DNA of 64,000 nucleotides, from contig JBBRDG010000004.1 of assembly GCA_038204165.1 (NCBI GenBank), positions 4,330-68,329 of the forward strand. Reading direction: 5' to 3'. This DNA comes from Elusimicrobiales bacterium (GTDB lineage: Bacteria > Elusimicrobiota > Elusimicrobia > Elusimicrobiales > UBA9959). Shown one piece after another: positions 26,334-36,034 of this stretch. Positions within the stretch are counted from its first letter, which is position 1; each line of letters starts with the position of its first letter. A model generated the notes under the pieces. It searched no databases and was not told the DNA's origin. It saw only the letters and a list, made by a program, of their open reading frames with translations. The translations under genes and the position numbers were made by a program.

Positions 26334-28013
26334 ATGTTTAAATTTACTGAAGACTTTATTCAGGCGGAGAGGCACAGCGGTCGTACCCATATGAAGGATA
26401 TATTTTCAAACCAGCCGGAGCCGAATCTCACGGTCTTAACTGTAACCGAGGTGCGCGTTGCCGTAGAAAAGGGAAATGAGAGCTGCTGGCGCAAAGCGGC
26501 AGCCGACAGGCTGGGGCTGGTTGAGACCGATATCCGCATAGTCAAAATGCTGAGAAAAGCGCTGGACATGGCGGATCCGCAGCAGTTCTATTACGAGCTC
26601 ACTCTGGCCGTAGCCGTCCCCCGCGGCTATCCGAACAGCCGCAAATTTCCGACTTACCAGGAAGAAATAAAAATTCCGCGCCCGCCTCCGGGGCTTAAAG
26701 AACGCCCCATAGTAATCGGCTTCGGACCCGCTGGAATGTTCGCGGCGCTGGAGCTCCTGGAACGCGGCTTGAAACCTTTAATCCTGGAAAGGGGCAGGAA
26801 GATAGAGGAACGTTCCTCCGCCGTGCGCAGGTTCGAAACGCAGAAGTCTCTGGACCCGGAATCCAATATCCAGTTCGGGGAAGGCGGCGCCGGAGCCTAT
26901 TCCGACGGCAAGCTGTTCGCCCGCGTCAATAATTCCGGGTACGCGGCCAAAGTTCTGGAAACTTTTATAAGGTTCGGCGCGCCGCCCAGGATAGGCTACA
27001 CGGCCAAGCCGCACATCGGGACTGACGTGCTCTGCGCGATAGTCAGGAATATCCGCGCCTACGTACTGGAGCAAGGCGGCGAGATACATTACGGCGCCAG
27101 GGTGACGGACCTGCTGGTCTCCGGGGGCAAGGCGGCTGGGGTAGTGGTAAACGGCAGCGAGGAATATCTCTCTTCCCGCATCTACCTTGCCATCGGGCAT
27201 TCGGCGCGGGATACTTTCGAATTGCTGCAAAAAAGAGGCGCTGCCCTGGAGCGGCGCGGCATTTCGGTCGGGGTAAGGATAGAACACCCGGCCGCGGCCA
27301 TAAACCTGTTCCGGTATGGCCCCAAATACCAAAACTACCCCGGACTTGGCGCGGCCACCTACTCGCTCACGCACACCAACCGGCGGGCGGGACGCGGCGT
27401 ATACACCTTCTGCATGTGCCCCGGCGGGGAAGTGGTGAACGCCTCTTCCGGGCAGGGGCTGCTGGTGGTAAACGGAATGAGCTATGCCGCCAGGGCTTCG
27501 GCCTTCTCCAACGCCGCGCTCGTGGCCACCTGCCATCCGGAAGATTACCAGGGAGAAGGGCCGCTGGCCGGCTTTGAATTCCAGGAGACCATTGAGCGCG
27601 CGGCATTCAAAGCCGGCGGCGGGGACTGGTCGGTGCCGGCGCAGAACCTTAACGATTTTATTGGCGGTAAAGTTTCAAAAGAACTGATAAAAAACTCCTG
27701 CAGAATAGGCACGGCGGCCGCCGACCTCAGGGAAGTTCTGCCGGGGTTCGTGACCAGGGAACTTTTAACTGCTTTCGAAGAATTCAGGGACCGCTACCCG
27801 GGCTACGTTTCAGACCAGGCCTTGCTGCTGGCCCCTGAAACGCGGACCTCCTGCCCGGTAAAGATCCTGCGGAAAGATAATTGTGAGTCCAGCCTGATAG
27901 GTAACCTCTACCCCCTGGGCGAAGGGGCAGGCTACGCGGGCGGGATAACCAGTTCCGCGATAGACGCTATTAAAGGCGTGGAATACAGTTTGATGGAACA
28001 CCTGGCGAGCTGA
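26334..28013 (+). CDS. FAD-dependent oxidoreductase (COG2509-like)
   Basis: GFGPAGMFAALEL dinucleotide-binding motif, GGAGAYSDGKL, CPGGEVV, GEGAGYAGGI C-terminal FAD motif. The start may be the ATG at 26394. Confidence 0.75.
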   Translation: MFKFTEDFIQAERHSGRTHMKDIFSNQPEPNLTVLTVTEVRVAVEKGNESCWRKAAADRLGLVETDIRIVKMLRKALDMADPQQFYYELTLAVAVPRGYPNSRKFPTYQEEIKIPRPPPGLKERPIVIGFGPAGMFAALELLERGLKPLILERGRKIEERSSAVRRFETQKSLDPESNIQFGEGGAGAYSDGKLFARVNNSGYAAKVLETFIRFGAPPRIGYTAKPHIGTDVLCAIVRNIRAYVLEQGGEIHYGARVTDLLVSGGKAAGVVVNGSEEYLSSRIYLAIGHSARDTFELLQKRGAALERRGISVGVRIEHPAAAINLFRYGPKYQNYPGLGAATYSLTHTNRRAGRGVYTFCMCPGGEVVNASSGQGLLVVNGMSYAARASAFSNAALVATCHPEDYQGEGPLAGFEFQETIERAAFKAGGGDWSVPAQNLNDFIGGKVSKELIKNSCRIGTAAADLREVLPGFVTRELLTAFEEFRDRYPGYVSDQALLLAPETRTSCPVKILRKDNCESSLIGNLYPLGEGAGYAGGITSSAIDAIKGVEYSLMEHLAS

Positions 28014-28015
28014 CG

Positions 28016-28906
28016 TTAAACGTTTTTTTTCTTGACCGCCGCGGTCCTGGCGCCGATTTTACGGGCAGGCGCGGCGCTTTTACGCGCGGGAGCGCTTTTA
28101 GCCGCGGCCGGATGCCGGACCGTCCTCTTGGCGACGTGCCTGGCCGGCGTAGCGCGCCTCGGCCTGCGCCGGCGGTGGCGCACCGGGGCCCTTACCATCC
28201 AGTAACGGACCCGGCCCACGTCCACATGGGTAAAACCTTTTGAGGGATAGTAACCTACGCCGCCCGCCCCGAGCCGCAGAGCGAATTTTTTCACCGCGGT
28301 GGTCGTATAGCCCGGCACCCGGATATCGGCGGCCCAGCCCAGCATGTGCAGGCTGTGTTCGGCGGCTCCGGGCAGCGAGCGATTGAGAGCAAGGGTGCGG
28401 TAACCGCTCAGCAGTGTTATCCCCCTTTTCCCAAAATGGTCCTCCACGGCGTCCAGCAGTTCCATGAGTTTAATGGACATATCGGCTTCGCTGCTGTCCA
28501 GGCTGCAGCGGGTCACATGATCGAACTTCGCGACCTCGTCCATGTCGTAACCGCCGTCCCTGGTCCGGTAATTTAAAAGTATTTTTTCTCCGGTATCGCG
28601 GCGTATGATGGTAAGTTTACCGTTGCCGCCAAGGTTCACCGGCATGGGAGGTTCGACAGTTTCAGTGCTGATGAAAATATCCCCGCCCTCGGACTCGTTG
28701 TCTTCAACGTCCTGGACTTCCTCTTCAGTTATGTCGGGGCCCGGAGCGGGCGGGGGATAAGCAGTAGAATAGTCGGGGACCGAGGCAAGCTGATCGAGCA
28801 GGGTATCGGAATGGAGCACCAGTCCGGAATCGGCAACGGGACCGAGGCCCTGGGCGCCGGCGGTACTCGTATGGAACAACAAAGACAGGATAATCCAGTA
28901 TTTCAT
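28016..28906 (-). CDS. DUF882 / peptidase M15A-like (YcbK/MepK-type) with a basic C-terminal tail
   Basis: Signal peptide, then LLSGYRTLALNRSLPGAAEHSLHMLGWAADIRVPG...THVD (Zn-ligand H/D/H pattern). The last ~60 aa are Arg/Lys/Ala/Pro-rich. Confidence 0.7.
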   Translation of the reverse strand: MKYWIILSLLFHTSTAGAQGLGPVADSGLVLHSDTLLDQLASVPDYSTAYPPPAPGPDITEEEVQDVEDNESEGGDIFISTETVEPPMPVNLGGNGKLTIIRRDTGEKILLNYRTRDGGYDMDEVAKFDHVTRCSLDSSEADMSIKLMELLDAVEDHFGKRGITLLSGYRTLALNRSLPGAAEHSLHMLGWAADIRVPGYTTTAVKKFALRLGAGGVGYYPSKGFTHVDVGRVRYWMVRAPVRHRRRRPRRATPARHVAKRTVRHPAAAKSAPARKSAAPARKIGARTAAVKKKNV

Positions 28907-29167
28907 CAATAGCCGCACAGGCGGCTAGGTTATTTTAGCAAAAACTGCTCCGCCACGGCTTCCGGTTTCTCTTAAAACGGCTGCTGCGCTTAACTATTTA
29001 TCCAGCCCGGACCAGCGCCTGATTGATATTAGTCGTAGGACTAAAGGCCCTGAAACAGGTAGGCCGAATAACTTCAAAGGGGCAGGCCTATGAACCTATA
29101 AAATGCCGGTTCAAATAAATTAATATTATAGACAGCAAGTTCCATCATATCCGCGAGGAGAGTACCG

Positions 29168-30562
29168 ATGAAAAGAATAGCTATAACAAAGTTCCTGCTG
29201 GCCTCGGCTTTCATGGCGGTCCCTGCCGCCGCGCAGGACATAAGCTTCGACAGCCTGCCTTCGGTAAAGGACATAATAAGCCAGGCCCGGGCCTCGGAAA
29301 TTTCAGTCCCCCAACCCTCGCTTCCCCCTGACAGCCGGACGCCCAAAGAATGGACGCTGATGGTGTTCATGAACGGCAAAAACAATCTCTCCAGCTACGT
29401 GCATACCGACATGAACGAAATGGAACAGGTAGGCTCGACCGACAAGATGAACATCGTGGTCGAGGCCGGCAGGATCTACCAGGCGCCCCCCTCCTACCCC
29501 AACTACCCGGGCGGCTACGACGGTTACGACAATCCCTGGGGCGGCGTAGTCCCGCACCCCGGCTGGCCCAATCCGGACTGGAACATGCCCCCCGCCATGG
29601 GCCGCGAAGACGCGGCGGCCACGCGCTCCTCCGACTGGACCGGCGTGCGCAGATATTACGTTTTGAAGGACAACGACACCGCGGTTACCGGTTCCCAGTT
29701 GCTCGAAGAACTGCCCAAGACCGACATGGGCGACTGGAACCAGCTGGTGCAGTTCGTAAAATGGGCCAAGGCCAAGTACCCCGCCAGGAAATATATGCTG
29801 GTCGTGTGGAACCACGGCGACGGCTGGAAAACCAAGAGCCTGGGCTCGCAGATCCTGAAAGGTATTTCTTACGACGACGAGACCGGCAACGGCATCACTA
29901 CAGTGCAGCTGGGCCAGGCCTTGGGCGCCATGGGCGGCCTGGACATTTACGCTTCCGACGCCTGCCTGATGCAGATGGCCGAAGTGGTGTATGAACTTAA
30001 GAATTACGCGCCGGTTATAATCGGCTCCGAAGAGACCGAGCCCGGCGACGGCTGGGACTACACGGCTTTCCTCTCCCGCGTTAACCCTGCCAACCTCAGC
30101 CCCGAAGCCATAGCCAAGGCGGCGGTGGAAGGTTACAACGCCTCTTACGCTGCTAAAGGCTCCGGCATAACGATGTCCGCGGTGCGCTCCAACCAGGCTG
30201 AACCGCTGCGCCTGCTTACCGACCAGTGGGTAGACCTTGCTATGGCGCAGGACAAGGCCGCGCTTAAAGCCGCTCGCAGCGAAGCCAAGTCTTTCGGCGG
30301 CGCGGATTCCCGCGACTTCCTCCACTTCCTTTCGATAGCCGGCGCCAAGATCCCCGCGCTGGCGGCCAAGGGCAGGGAGATTACCGCCCTGGTACAGCAG
30401 AAGATGCTGATAAAGAACGCCCCTTACGGCGATTCCTACAAGAACGCCCTGGGGATCGGCATCTACCTGCCCTCCTACAGCTTCGACGCCAACTACTCCA
30501 AACTGGCGCTTTCCAAGGCCGGGAAGTGGGATGAGTTCACCAGCTGGCTCTCCGCGCAATAA
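29168..30562 (+). CDS. clostripain-family (C11) cysteine peptidase, paralog 1
   Basis: Signal peptide. EWTLMVFMNGKNNL, VVWNHGDGW (catalytic His) and YASDACLMQMAEV (catalytic Cys), then IGSEETEPGDGWDY. Confidence 0.75.
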   Translation: MKRIAITKFLLASAFMAVPAAAQDISFDSLPSVKDIISQARASEISVPQPSLPPDSRTPKEWTLMVFMNGKNNLSSYVHTDMNEMEQVGSTDKMNIVVEAGRIYQAPPSYPNYPGGYDGYDNPWGGVVPHPGWPNPDWNMPPAMGREDAAATRSSDWTGVRRYYVLKDNDTAVTGSQLLEELPKTDMGDWNQLVQFVKWAKAKYPARKYMLVVWNHGDGWKTKSLGSQILKGISYDDETGNGITTVQLGQALGAMGGLDIYASDACLMQMAEVVYELKNYAPVIIGSEETEPGDGWDYTAFLSRVNPANLSPEAIAKAAVEGYNASYAAKGSGITMSAVRSNQAEPLRLLTDQWVDLAMAQDKAALKAARSEAKSFGGADSRDFLHFLSIAGAKIPALAAKGREITALVQQKMLIKNAPYGDSYKNALGIGIYLPSYSFDANYSKLALSKAGKWDEFTSWLSAQ

Positions 30563-30582
30563 CAGCGGCTGCCGGAAATAAA

Positions 30583-30620
30583 AGAACGGCCCTTCCTGCG
30601 AAGGGCCGTTCTTCTTTATT
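30583..30620. terminator. bidirectional intrinsic terminator
   Basis: AGAACGGCCCTT-cctgcg-AAGGGCCGTTCT is a 12-bp perfect stem flanked by an A-run and a T-run. It sits between convergent genes (C11 peptidase and hypF). Confidence 0.7.
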
Positions 30621-30630
30621 AGGCCGGAGC

Positions 30631-32925
30631 TTACCCACTCGCCTGCTCCGCGTTGTAACCGTTGATAGCGTACCAGGCCTGGCCCAGCGCTATGCCCCCG
30701 TCGTTGGACGGCACCCGGGAATTGGTCAGCACCTTAAGGCCGGAGTTCGAAAGGCGGCGGCCCAGGTCTTCCAGCAGCGTCCGGTTCTGAAAAACACCGC
30801 CGGAGAGGCAGACGGTTTCAAGCCCGGCGTCGCCGGCGATCTTTAGCGCCGCGGCCGCGGCGGCTGCGGCCAAGCCGGCATGGAAGCGCGCGGAGATTAC
30901 GCCGGGCTTAACCCCGGCCAGCCTGTCGACTAAGGCGGCTTTCACGGCCGGGCCCGGGTCCAGCTCAAGGCAGGTCTCGCCCTGCGCCAGCCCAAAGGCG
31001 TATTCGCCGTACTTTTTACCGTCCAGCAGACTTTCCATTTCCATCGGGCCCTGCGCCTCGTAGGTGGCCTCGGTCCTTACTCCAGAGATAAAACTCAAAG
31101 CGTCGAAGAGGCGGCCCATGCTGGAAGTCTCGGGGCAATTAAGCCCGGTCTCCAGCATCCGCTCCACGGTATTTAGTTTCGCCGCGGGGATTTCTTTAAA
31201 AAGACCACCGGCGGACTTACGCCAGGAGGGACCAAGGGCCGCCCTGACCAGGGCCAACGCCGGGCGCCAGTTCTCTAAAGCGCCTATATCACCGCCGGGC
31301 AGCGGGAAATATTTAAGATGCCCGGCGCGCCGCCAGGTGTGTTTACCGAAGACCAGGAACTCCGAACCCCAGATCCTACCGTCGAGACCGTAGCCGGTCC
31401 CGTCGAAAGAAACGCCGAGAAAAGGGTCCTTCAGACCGTGCTCCGCCGCCACGCTTAAGGCGTGCGCCGCGTGGTGCTGCACCGCTACTTTGTCGCCGGG
31501 CAGGGAGGCGGCGATGTAGGAAGAGGCGTAATCCGGGTGCAGGTCATGCACTATCACGCCTGGGCGCACTTTAAGCAAGCCGGAGAACTTGACCAGCGTT
31601 TCCCTGAAAAACTCCTGATTTTTAGGCTCGGCCAGGTCGCCGATATGCTGGGAGAGGAAAGCTTCGGAGCCGCGCGTAAGACAGAAAGCGTTCTTAAGGT
31701 CGGCGCCGCAGGCCAGCAGCGTAACCCCGCCGGCGGGGAGCTTTATCCCGGCGGGAACGTAGCCCCTGGCCCTGCGGGCCAGGCGCAGTTCCCCCGCCGC
31801 CTCAAAAGCCACGCTGTCGTCGGCCCTGTTGTGGATGGGCCTGTTATGGGAAAGGGTAAAAGAAGCCGCGCCATCGAGCCGCGTGGAGACTTCCTGCGCG
31901 TCCTTACAGATAGGCTCGTCCCGCAGGTTGCCGGAAGTCATTACCAGCGGTCCCGTAAAACCTTTCTTCGCCAGCAGCGCGAAAAGGGCGGCGTGCAGCG
32001 GCGTATAGGGCAGCATCACACCCAGCCGCGAAAGGCCGGGAGCCGGTTCCGCAAAAACGCCCTTACGTTGCAGCATCACTACCGGCGCTTCGGACGAAGC
32101 TAGCGCGACAGCTTCCACTTTTGAGACGTAACAGAGCTTTTTCACGGAGGAGAGCGAAGCGGCCATCACGGCGAAGGGCTTATGGGGCCGGCACTTAACC
32201 GCGCGCAGCCGGCGCAGCGCCGGCGCGGCGTCCGCCCGGCAGGCCAGATGGAAGCCGCCCAGGCTCTGCAGCGCGCCTATGCGTCCTGCCAAAAGGAGAT
32301 CGGCGGTTTTTTTCAGCGCGGCCAGGCCGGCGTATTTTTTACCGCCGGCGGTCAGTTCTACCGCGGGGCCGCAGACAGGACAGGCGTTCGGCTGGGCGTG
32401 AAAACGGCGGTCGAGCGGGTTCGTATATTCGCGCAGGCAGTGCGGGCACATACTGAACCCGGCCATTGTGGTGGCGGGACGGTCATAGGGGATGGTCTTA
32501 ACTATGGTAAAGCGCGGCCCGCAGTTGGTGCAGTTGGTGAAAGGGTAAAGATAACGCCTGTCCGAGGGCGTCAGCATTTCGCGGCGGCAGTCCCCGCAAA
32601 GCGCCAGGTCGGCCGGAATGATGGCGCCCGCCGGGGCATTCCCTCCGCTTTTAGCGATGGCGAATAATTTCTCTCCGACAGGAGTTAACGGGAACACCGA
32701 AACAGAATCGATACGTGAAGCCGGCGGCTTGCGGGGGATGATCTGGCGGATAAACTCCCGAACGTTTTGGGGCAGCCCCTCGGCTTCCACAGTAACTCCG
32801 GCGGCGTCGTTCTTGACCCAGCCCGCCAGGCTATAGGCGAGGGCGAGTTTATAGATGTGCGGCCGGAAGCCCACGCCCTGCACCACGCCTTTAATCAGGA
32901 TCTTTCTTCGTATCGTGTAGATCAT
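30631..32925 (-). CDS. hypF: [NiFe]-hydrogenase maturation carbamoyltransferase HypF
   Basis: 764 aa. Acylphosphatase N-terminus (KGVVQGVGFRP), two Zn-finger CxxC pairs (CGDC...CTNCGPRF, CPHC...CPVCGP), then YrdC-like and Kae1-like domains. Confidence 0.95.
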   Translation of the reverse strand: MIYTIRRKILIKGVVQGVGFRPHIYKLALAYSLAGWVKNDAAGVTVEAEGLPQNVREFIRQIIPRKPPASRIDSVSVFPLTPVGEKLFAIAKSGGNAPAGAIIPADLALCGDCRREMLTPSDRRYLYPFTNCTNCGPRFTIVKTIPYDRPATTMAGFSMCPHCLREYTNPLDRRFHAQPNACPVCGPAVELTAGGKKYAGLAALKKTADLLLAGRIGALQSLGGFHLACRADAAPALRRLRAVKCRPHKPFAVMAASLSSVKKLCYVSKVEAVALASSEAPVVMLQRKGVFAEPAPGLSRLGVMLPYTPLHAALFALLAKKGFTGPLVMTSGNLRDEPICKDAQEVSTRLDGAASFTLSHNRPIHNRADDSVAFEAAGELRLARRARGYVPAGIKLPAGGVTLLACGADLKNAFCLTRGSEAFLSQHIGDLAEPKNQEFFRETLVKFSGLLKVRPGVIVHDLHPDYASSYIAASLPGDKVAVQHHAAHALSVAAEHGLKDPFLGVSFDGTGYGLDGRIWGSEFLVFGKHTWRRAGHLKYFPLPGGDIGALENWRPALALVRAALGPSWRKSAGGLFKEIPAAKLNTVERMLETGLNCPETSSMGRLFDALSFISGVRTEATYEAQGPMEMESLLDGKKYGEYAFGLAQGETCLELDPGPAVKAALVDRLAGVKPGVISARFHAGLAAAAAAAALKIAGDAGLETVCLSGGVFQNRTLLEDLGRRLSNSGLKVLTNSRVPSNDGGIALGQAWYAINGYNAEQASG

Positions 32926-32938
32926 TCTTTTAAAAGCC

Positions 32939-33754
32939 TCAGTTCTTGCCGCCGGTAACCACCTGGTTCCTGGAATAATCCAGCTCGCTGCCGAACATAC
33001 TGTGCGGAACCAAATACACCGCCGCAGTAACCACGAAGGCGGCTATAAGCCAGGGCCGGTAGTTGCGATCTTTGAAAACAAAATACAGGGCCGGCAGCCA
33101 GGCAACCAGCATCAGAAGCGTCTTATTGTCGGTAAGGTCGTAACCGAAAGGAAAGCCCGTCCAGGCCTGGCCAAAAGCGTAATACTGCACCAGCGGCCCG
33201 AACACAAAACCGCCCAGCAACAGGAATAAAATATTAAGCCAGACCGCGTGCTTAACCGCCAAGCCGCCGGTAAACACGGAAAGAAAGATGCGCACCGAGA
33301 AGAACATGAAAAGAAAAATAAAAACAATGTGCGGGATCAGCGCCCAGGCCGGCACCGCTCCCTTAAACCTGGTCACTACCGGGGCCCGGGAAAGCTCCAG
33401 CTCTCCGGAAGGATGCTTCACGAAGACCCGGTACGCCAGCTTGCCCGCCGGCGGCTGGGAAGGCAGCATAAAAAACAGAAGGCCGTCCTTGGCCTGCAGC
33501 GGAGAAACCTGCCCCGGATCCACGGTTTTATACCGGCGCCATTCCACCCGCCCCTCGAGAGGGCCCTTATAGGAAATCTTTACAAGGCAGTCATCACCGC
33601 CCGTAGTACAGCTCCGGGGAAAGCGATAACTCGAAATACCTGTGCCCTCCACCGCCCCGCCTTTAACAGGGTAAGTAGGACCCGTCATGCGCTGGAACAC
33701 GGCGAAAAAAACCGTTATCAAAAAACTCAGTATCCACAGTAAAGTCTTTTTCAT
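32939..33754 (-). CDS. membrane protein of unknown function embedded in the hyp cluster
   Basis: 271 aa from the ATG at 33754: one TM helix, a ~120-aa extracytoplasmic domain, then 4-5 TM helices. The track's GTG start at 33829 would overlap hypE. Confidence 0.55.
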   Translation of the reverse strand: MKKTLLWILSFLITVFFAVFQRMTGPTYPVKGGAVEGTGISSYRFPRSCTTGGDDCLVKISYKGPLEGRVEWRRYKTVDPGQVSPLQAKDGLLFFMLPSQPPAGKLAYRVFVKHPSGELELSRAPVVTRFKGAVPAWALIPHIVFIFLFMFFSVRIFLSVFTGGLAVKHAVWLNILFLLLGGFVFGPLVQYYAFGQAWTGFPFGYDLTDNKTLLMLVAWLPALYFVFKDRNYRPWLIAAFVVTAAVYLVPHSMFGSELDYSRNQVVTGGKN

Positions 33755-33803
33755 TTTATAATCCTTGCGGCTTGACGCCCGGGCCGGGTGGCGGAACGCA
33801 AGC

Positions 33804-34814
33804 TCAGCAAATACGCGGAAGTTGTTCACCCTCGAGCATCAGCATCACTCGGGAACCGCCTATCGACGTATTGAGCCGCACCTGCGGTTTCTTTTCCTTT
33901 ACCATACGGCCCACAATAGCCGCCTTCCGCCCGTAGCGGTGCGAACGCAGCGCCTTAAGCACGCGCCCAGCCGCCCCCGGAGCCACAAACAGCGCTATCT
34001 TCCCCTCGTTAGCCACATACAGCGGGTCCAAACCCAGCATGGCGCAGGCATTAGCCGTAGCCGGCGAAACCGGCACCGCATTCTCCTCCACCACCGCGCT
34101 AAGACCACAGGAGCCCGACACCTCGTTAAGCACCGTAGCAAAACCGCCGCGCGTAATATCGCGCATAGCGCGCACGCCCGGCGAGCGCAACGCGCATTCC
34201 ACAAGGCCGTTAAGCGGGGCGGCGTCGCTCTTTATGCCACCCTGCAGGCCCAGGCGGTTGCGGGCGTTCATAACGGCCACCCCGTGGTCGGCCAGGTTCC
34301 CGCTCACAATAATAACGTCGCCGTGCCTGACAGCCGCGCTGGTAAGCTCCCTGCCCTTCGGGATCAGGCCGACCCCGGAAGTGTTGATGAAAATCCCGTC
34401 GGCCTTGCCCCGCTCCACCACCTTGGTATCCCCGGTAACAATGCTTACGCCGGCCTCGCGGGCGGCGCGCCGCATAGAGGCCGTAACGCGCAGCAGCAGG
34501 TCTGCCGGAAAGCCCTCTTCCAGGATGAAGCCCGCCGACAGCGCCGCGGGCCGCGCGCCTTTCACGGCAAGATCATTGACCGTGCCGCAGACCGCCACCC
34601 GGCCGATGTCCGCGCCGGGGAATTCCACCGGAGTCACCACATAGGAATCGGTGGTGAAAGCCAGCGTAACCCCACCCACTTTTACCTCTGCGGAGTCTTC
34701 AAGCGGTTTAAGGGCGGGATTGGAAAAGCTTTTAAGAAAAACCTGTTCCACCAGCTCGCGGCTGAGCCGCCCGCCGCTGCCGTGCCCCAGCACTATTTTT
34801 TTAAAGCCTCGCAT
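33804..34814 (-). CDS. hypE: hydrogenase maturation protein HypE
   Basis: 336 aa with the AIR-synthase-like fold (HGSGG, DSYVV, DITRGG). The C-terminal PRIC motif carries the thiocyanate Cys. Confidence 0.93.
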   Translation of the reverse strand: MRGFKKIVLGHGSGGRLSRELVEQVFLKSFSNPALKPLEDSAEVKVGGVTLAFTTDSYVVTPVEFPGADIGRVAVCGTVNDLAVKGARPAALSAGFILEEGFPADLLLRVTASMRRAAREAGVSIVTGDTKVVERGKADGIFINTSGVGLIPKGRELTSAAVRHGDVIIVSGNLADHGVAVMNARNRLGLQGGIKSDAAPLNGLVECALRSPGVRAMRDITRGGFATVLNEVSGSCGLSAVVEENAVPVSPATANACAMLGLDPLYVANEGKIALFVAPGAAGRVLKALRSHRYGRKAAIVGRMVKEKKPQVRLNTSIGGSRVMLMLEGEQLPRIC

Positions 34815-34903
34815 ATTCAGCCCCTCCGGACAGTTTTTTTATGAAGTAAAGGATTCCGCCACGGTTTTTTGCCGCCGGGTTTAGTGTTCCTGCCGCATAA
34901 CCG

Positions 34904-36034
34904 CTAGCCGCCGTACTTGAACCAGGCCGCGCAGGCGCCTTCGGAAGAGACCATACACGGCCCGACCGCGGAAGAGGGCGTACAGGCTTTCCCGAACAGG
35001 CGGCAGTCGGGCGGCTGGACTTTGCCGAGCAGGATCTGGCCGCACAGGCAGCCTTTGGGTTCGGGTGCGTCCTTATACGGGACCTTGAACTTCTTTACTG
35101 CGTCAAAAGCGGCGTAGGCTTTTGAGAAGGCCAGGCCGGTACCGTCCAGCAGGCCGATCGCGCGCCAGTTAGCGGCGGACACTATAAAAGCCTCGGCCAT
35201 CAGTTTCCTGGCGGCGGGGTTCCCGTCCTTGTGGACCACCCTGAAATATTCGTCCTCTATCCGCGGCTCGCCGGACAGCACCTGCCGGAGCAGCATGTTT
35301 ATCCCGGCCAGGATGTCGAGCGGCTCAAAACCGGTAACCACGCAGGGCACCTTGTATTTCTCAGCCACAAAACGGTATGGGGCCAGGCCGATAATGGCGC
35401 TGACGTGGCCCGGCAGCATGAAACCGTGGATTCTGTTCTCAGGGTCGGAAAGCAGCATCTTAAGCGCCGGCGGCACCAGTTTGAAGAAAGCGGTGGAAGA
35501 AAAATTCTTAAGTCCGAGCTTCCTGGCGCGCGCGACAGCCGCCGCTATGACCGGGGCGGTGGTCTCGAACCCTACTCCGATGAACACCACTTCCCTCCCT
35601 GGGTTTGCCTCGGCCAGGGTTACCGCGTCCAGCGGCGAATAGACTATCCTTATATCTGCGCCACGCTCGCGCATGGAGTTAAGGTCCAGCCCGCCTGAGC
35701 CCTTAACCTTCATCATGTCACCGAAAGTAGTTATGATCACGCCCGGCAAGCTGGCTAGCGCCAGCACGCGGTCGATGTCGCCCTGGGAAGTGACGCAGAC
35801 CGGGCAGCCCGGCCCGGAAAGCATGCGCAGTTCTTTGGGAAAAAGCTTGCGCATGCCGCTGGCCGCAATTGCCATGGTGTGGGTCCCGCAGACCTCCATG
35901 AAATTCACCGTACCGCCGATCTTTAAGGCGGCAGCACGGGAAAGTTTTCTCATCTCCCCCATAGCGGCGGAGGCGAGGGCCTTGTCGCGCCAAAGCGGGG
36001 AGCTGAAGCGCGCAGTTGCGGCTGAAGTTTTCAT
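34904..36034 (-). CDS. hypD: hydrogenase maturation protein HypD
   Basis: 376 aa with MEVCGTHT, GPGCPVCV, FETT and GHV-type motifs typical of HypD. 4-nt overlap with hypC. Confidence 0.93.
   Translation of the reverse strand: MKTSAATARFSSPLWRDKALASAAMGEMRKLSRAAALKIGGTVNFMEVCGTHTMAIAASGMRKLFPKELRMLSGPGCPVCVTSQGDIDRVLALASLPGVIITTFGDMMKVKGSGGLDLNSMRERGADIRIVYSPLDAVTLAEANPGREVVFIGVGFETTAPVIAAAVARARKLGLKNFSSTAFFKLVPPALKMLLSDPENRIHGFMLPGHVSAIIGLAPYRFVAEKYKVPCVVTGFEPLDILAGINMLLRQVLSGEPRIEDEYFRVVHKDGNPAARKLMAEAFIVSAANWRAIGLLDGTGLAFSKAYAAFDAVKKFKVPYKDAPEPKGCLCGQILLGKVQPPDCRLFGKACTPSSAVGPCMVSSEGACAAWFKYGG

Noticed and set aside
29303-30559. 418-aa minus-strand ORF covering almost the whole C11 peptidase gene; likewise 59456-60619 (387 aa) over the second C11 gene
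   Set aside because: These are antisense shadows typical of GC-rich coding DNA. The products are Arg/Gly/His/Val-rich with no recognisable motif, signal or RBS, whereas the plus-strand products have clear family motifs. That both paralogs show the shadow reflects shared codon bias.
33755-33829. GTG-initiated 25-codon extension of the membrane-protein gene, overlapping the hypE 3' end
   Set aside because: There is no RBS, and the extension is hydrophilic and precedes an obvious Met-Lys-Lys-TM N-terminus. The ATG at 33754 is preferred. My hand count of two homopolymer runs here disagreed with the ORF track by 1 nt, so I relied on the track's frame.
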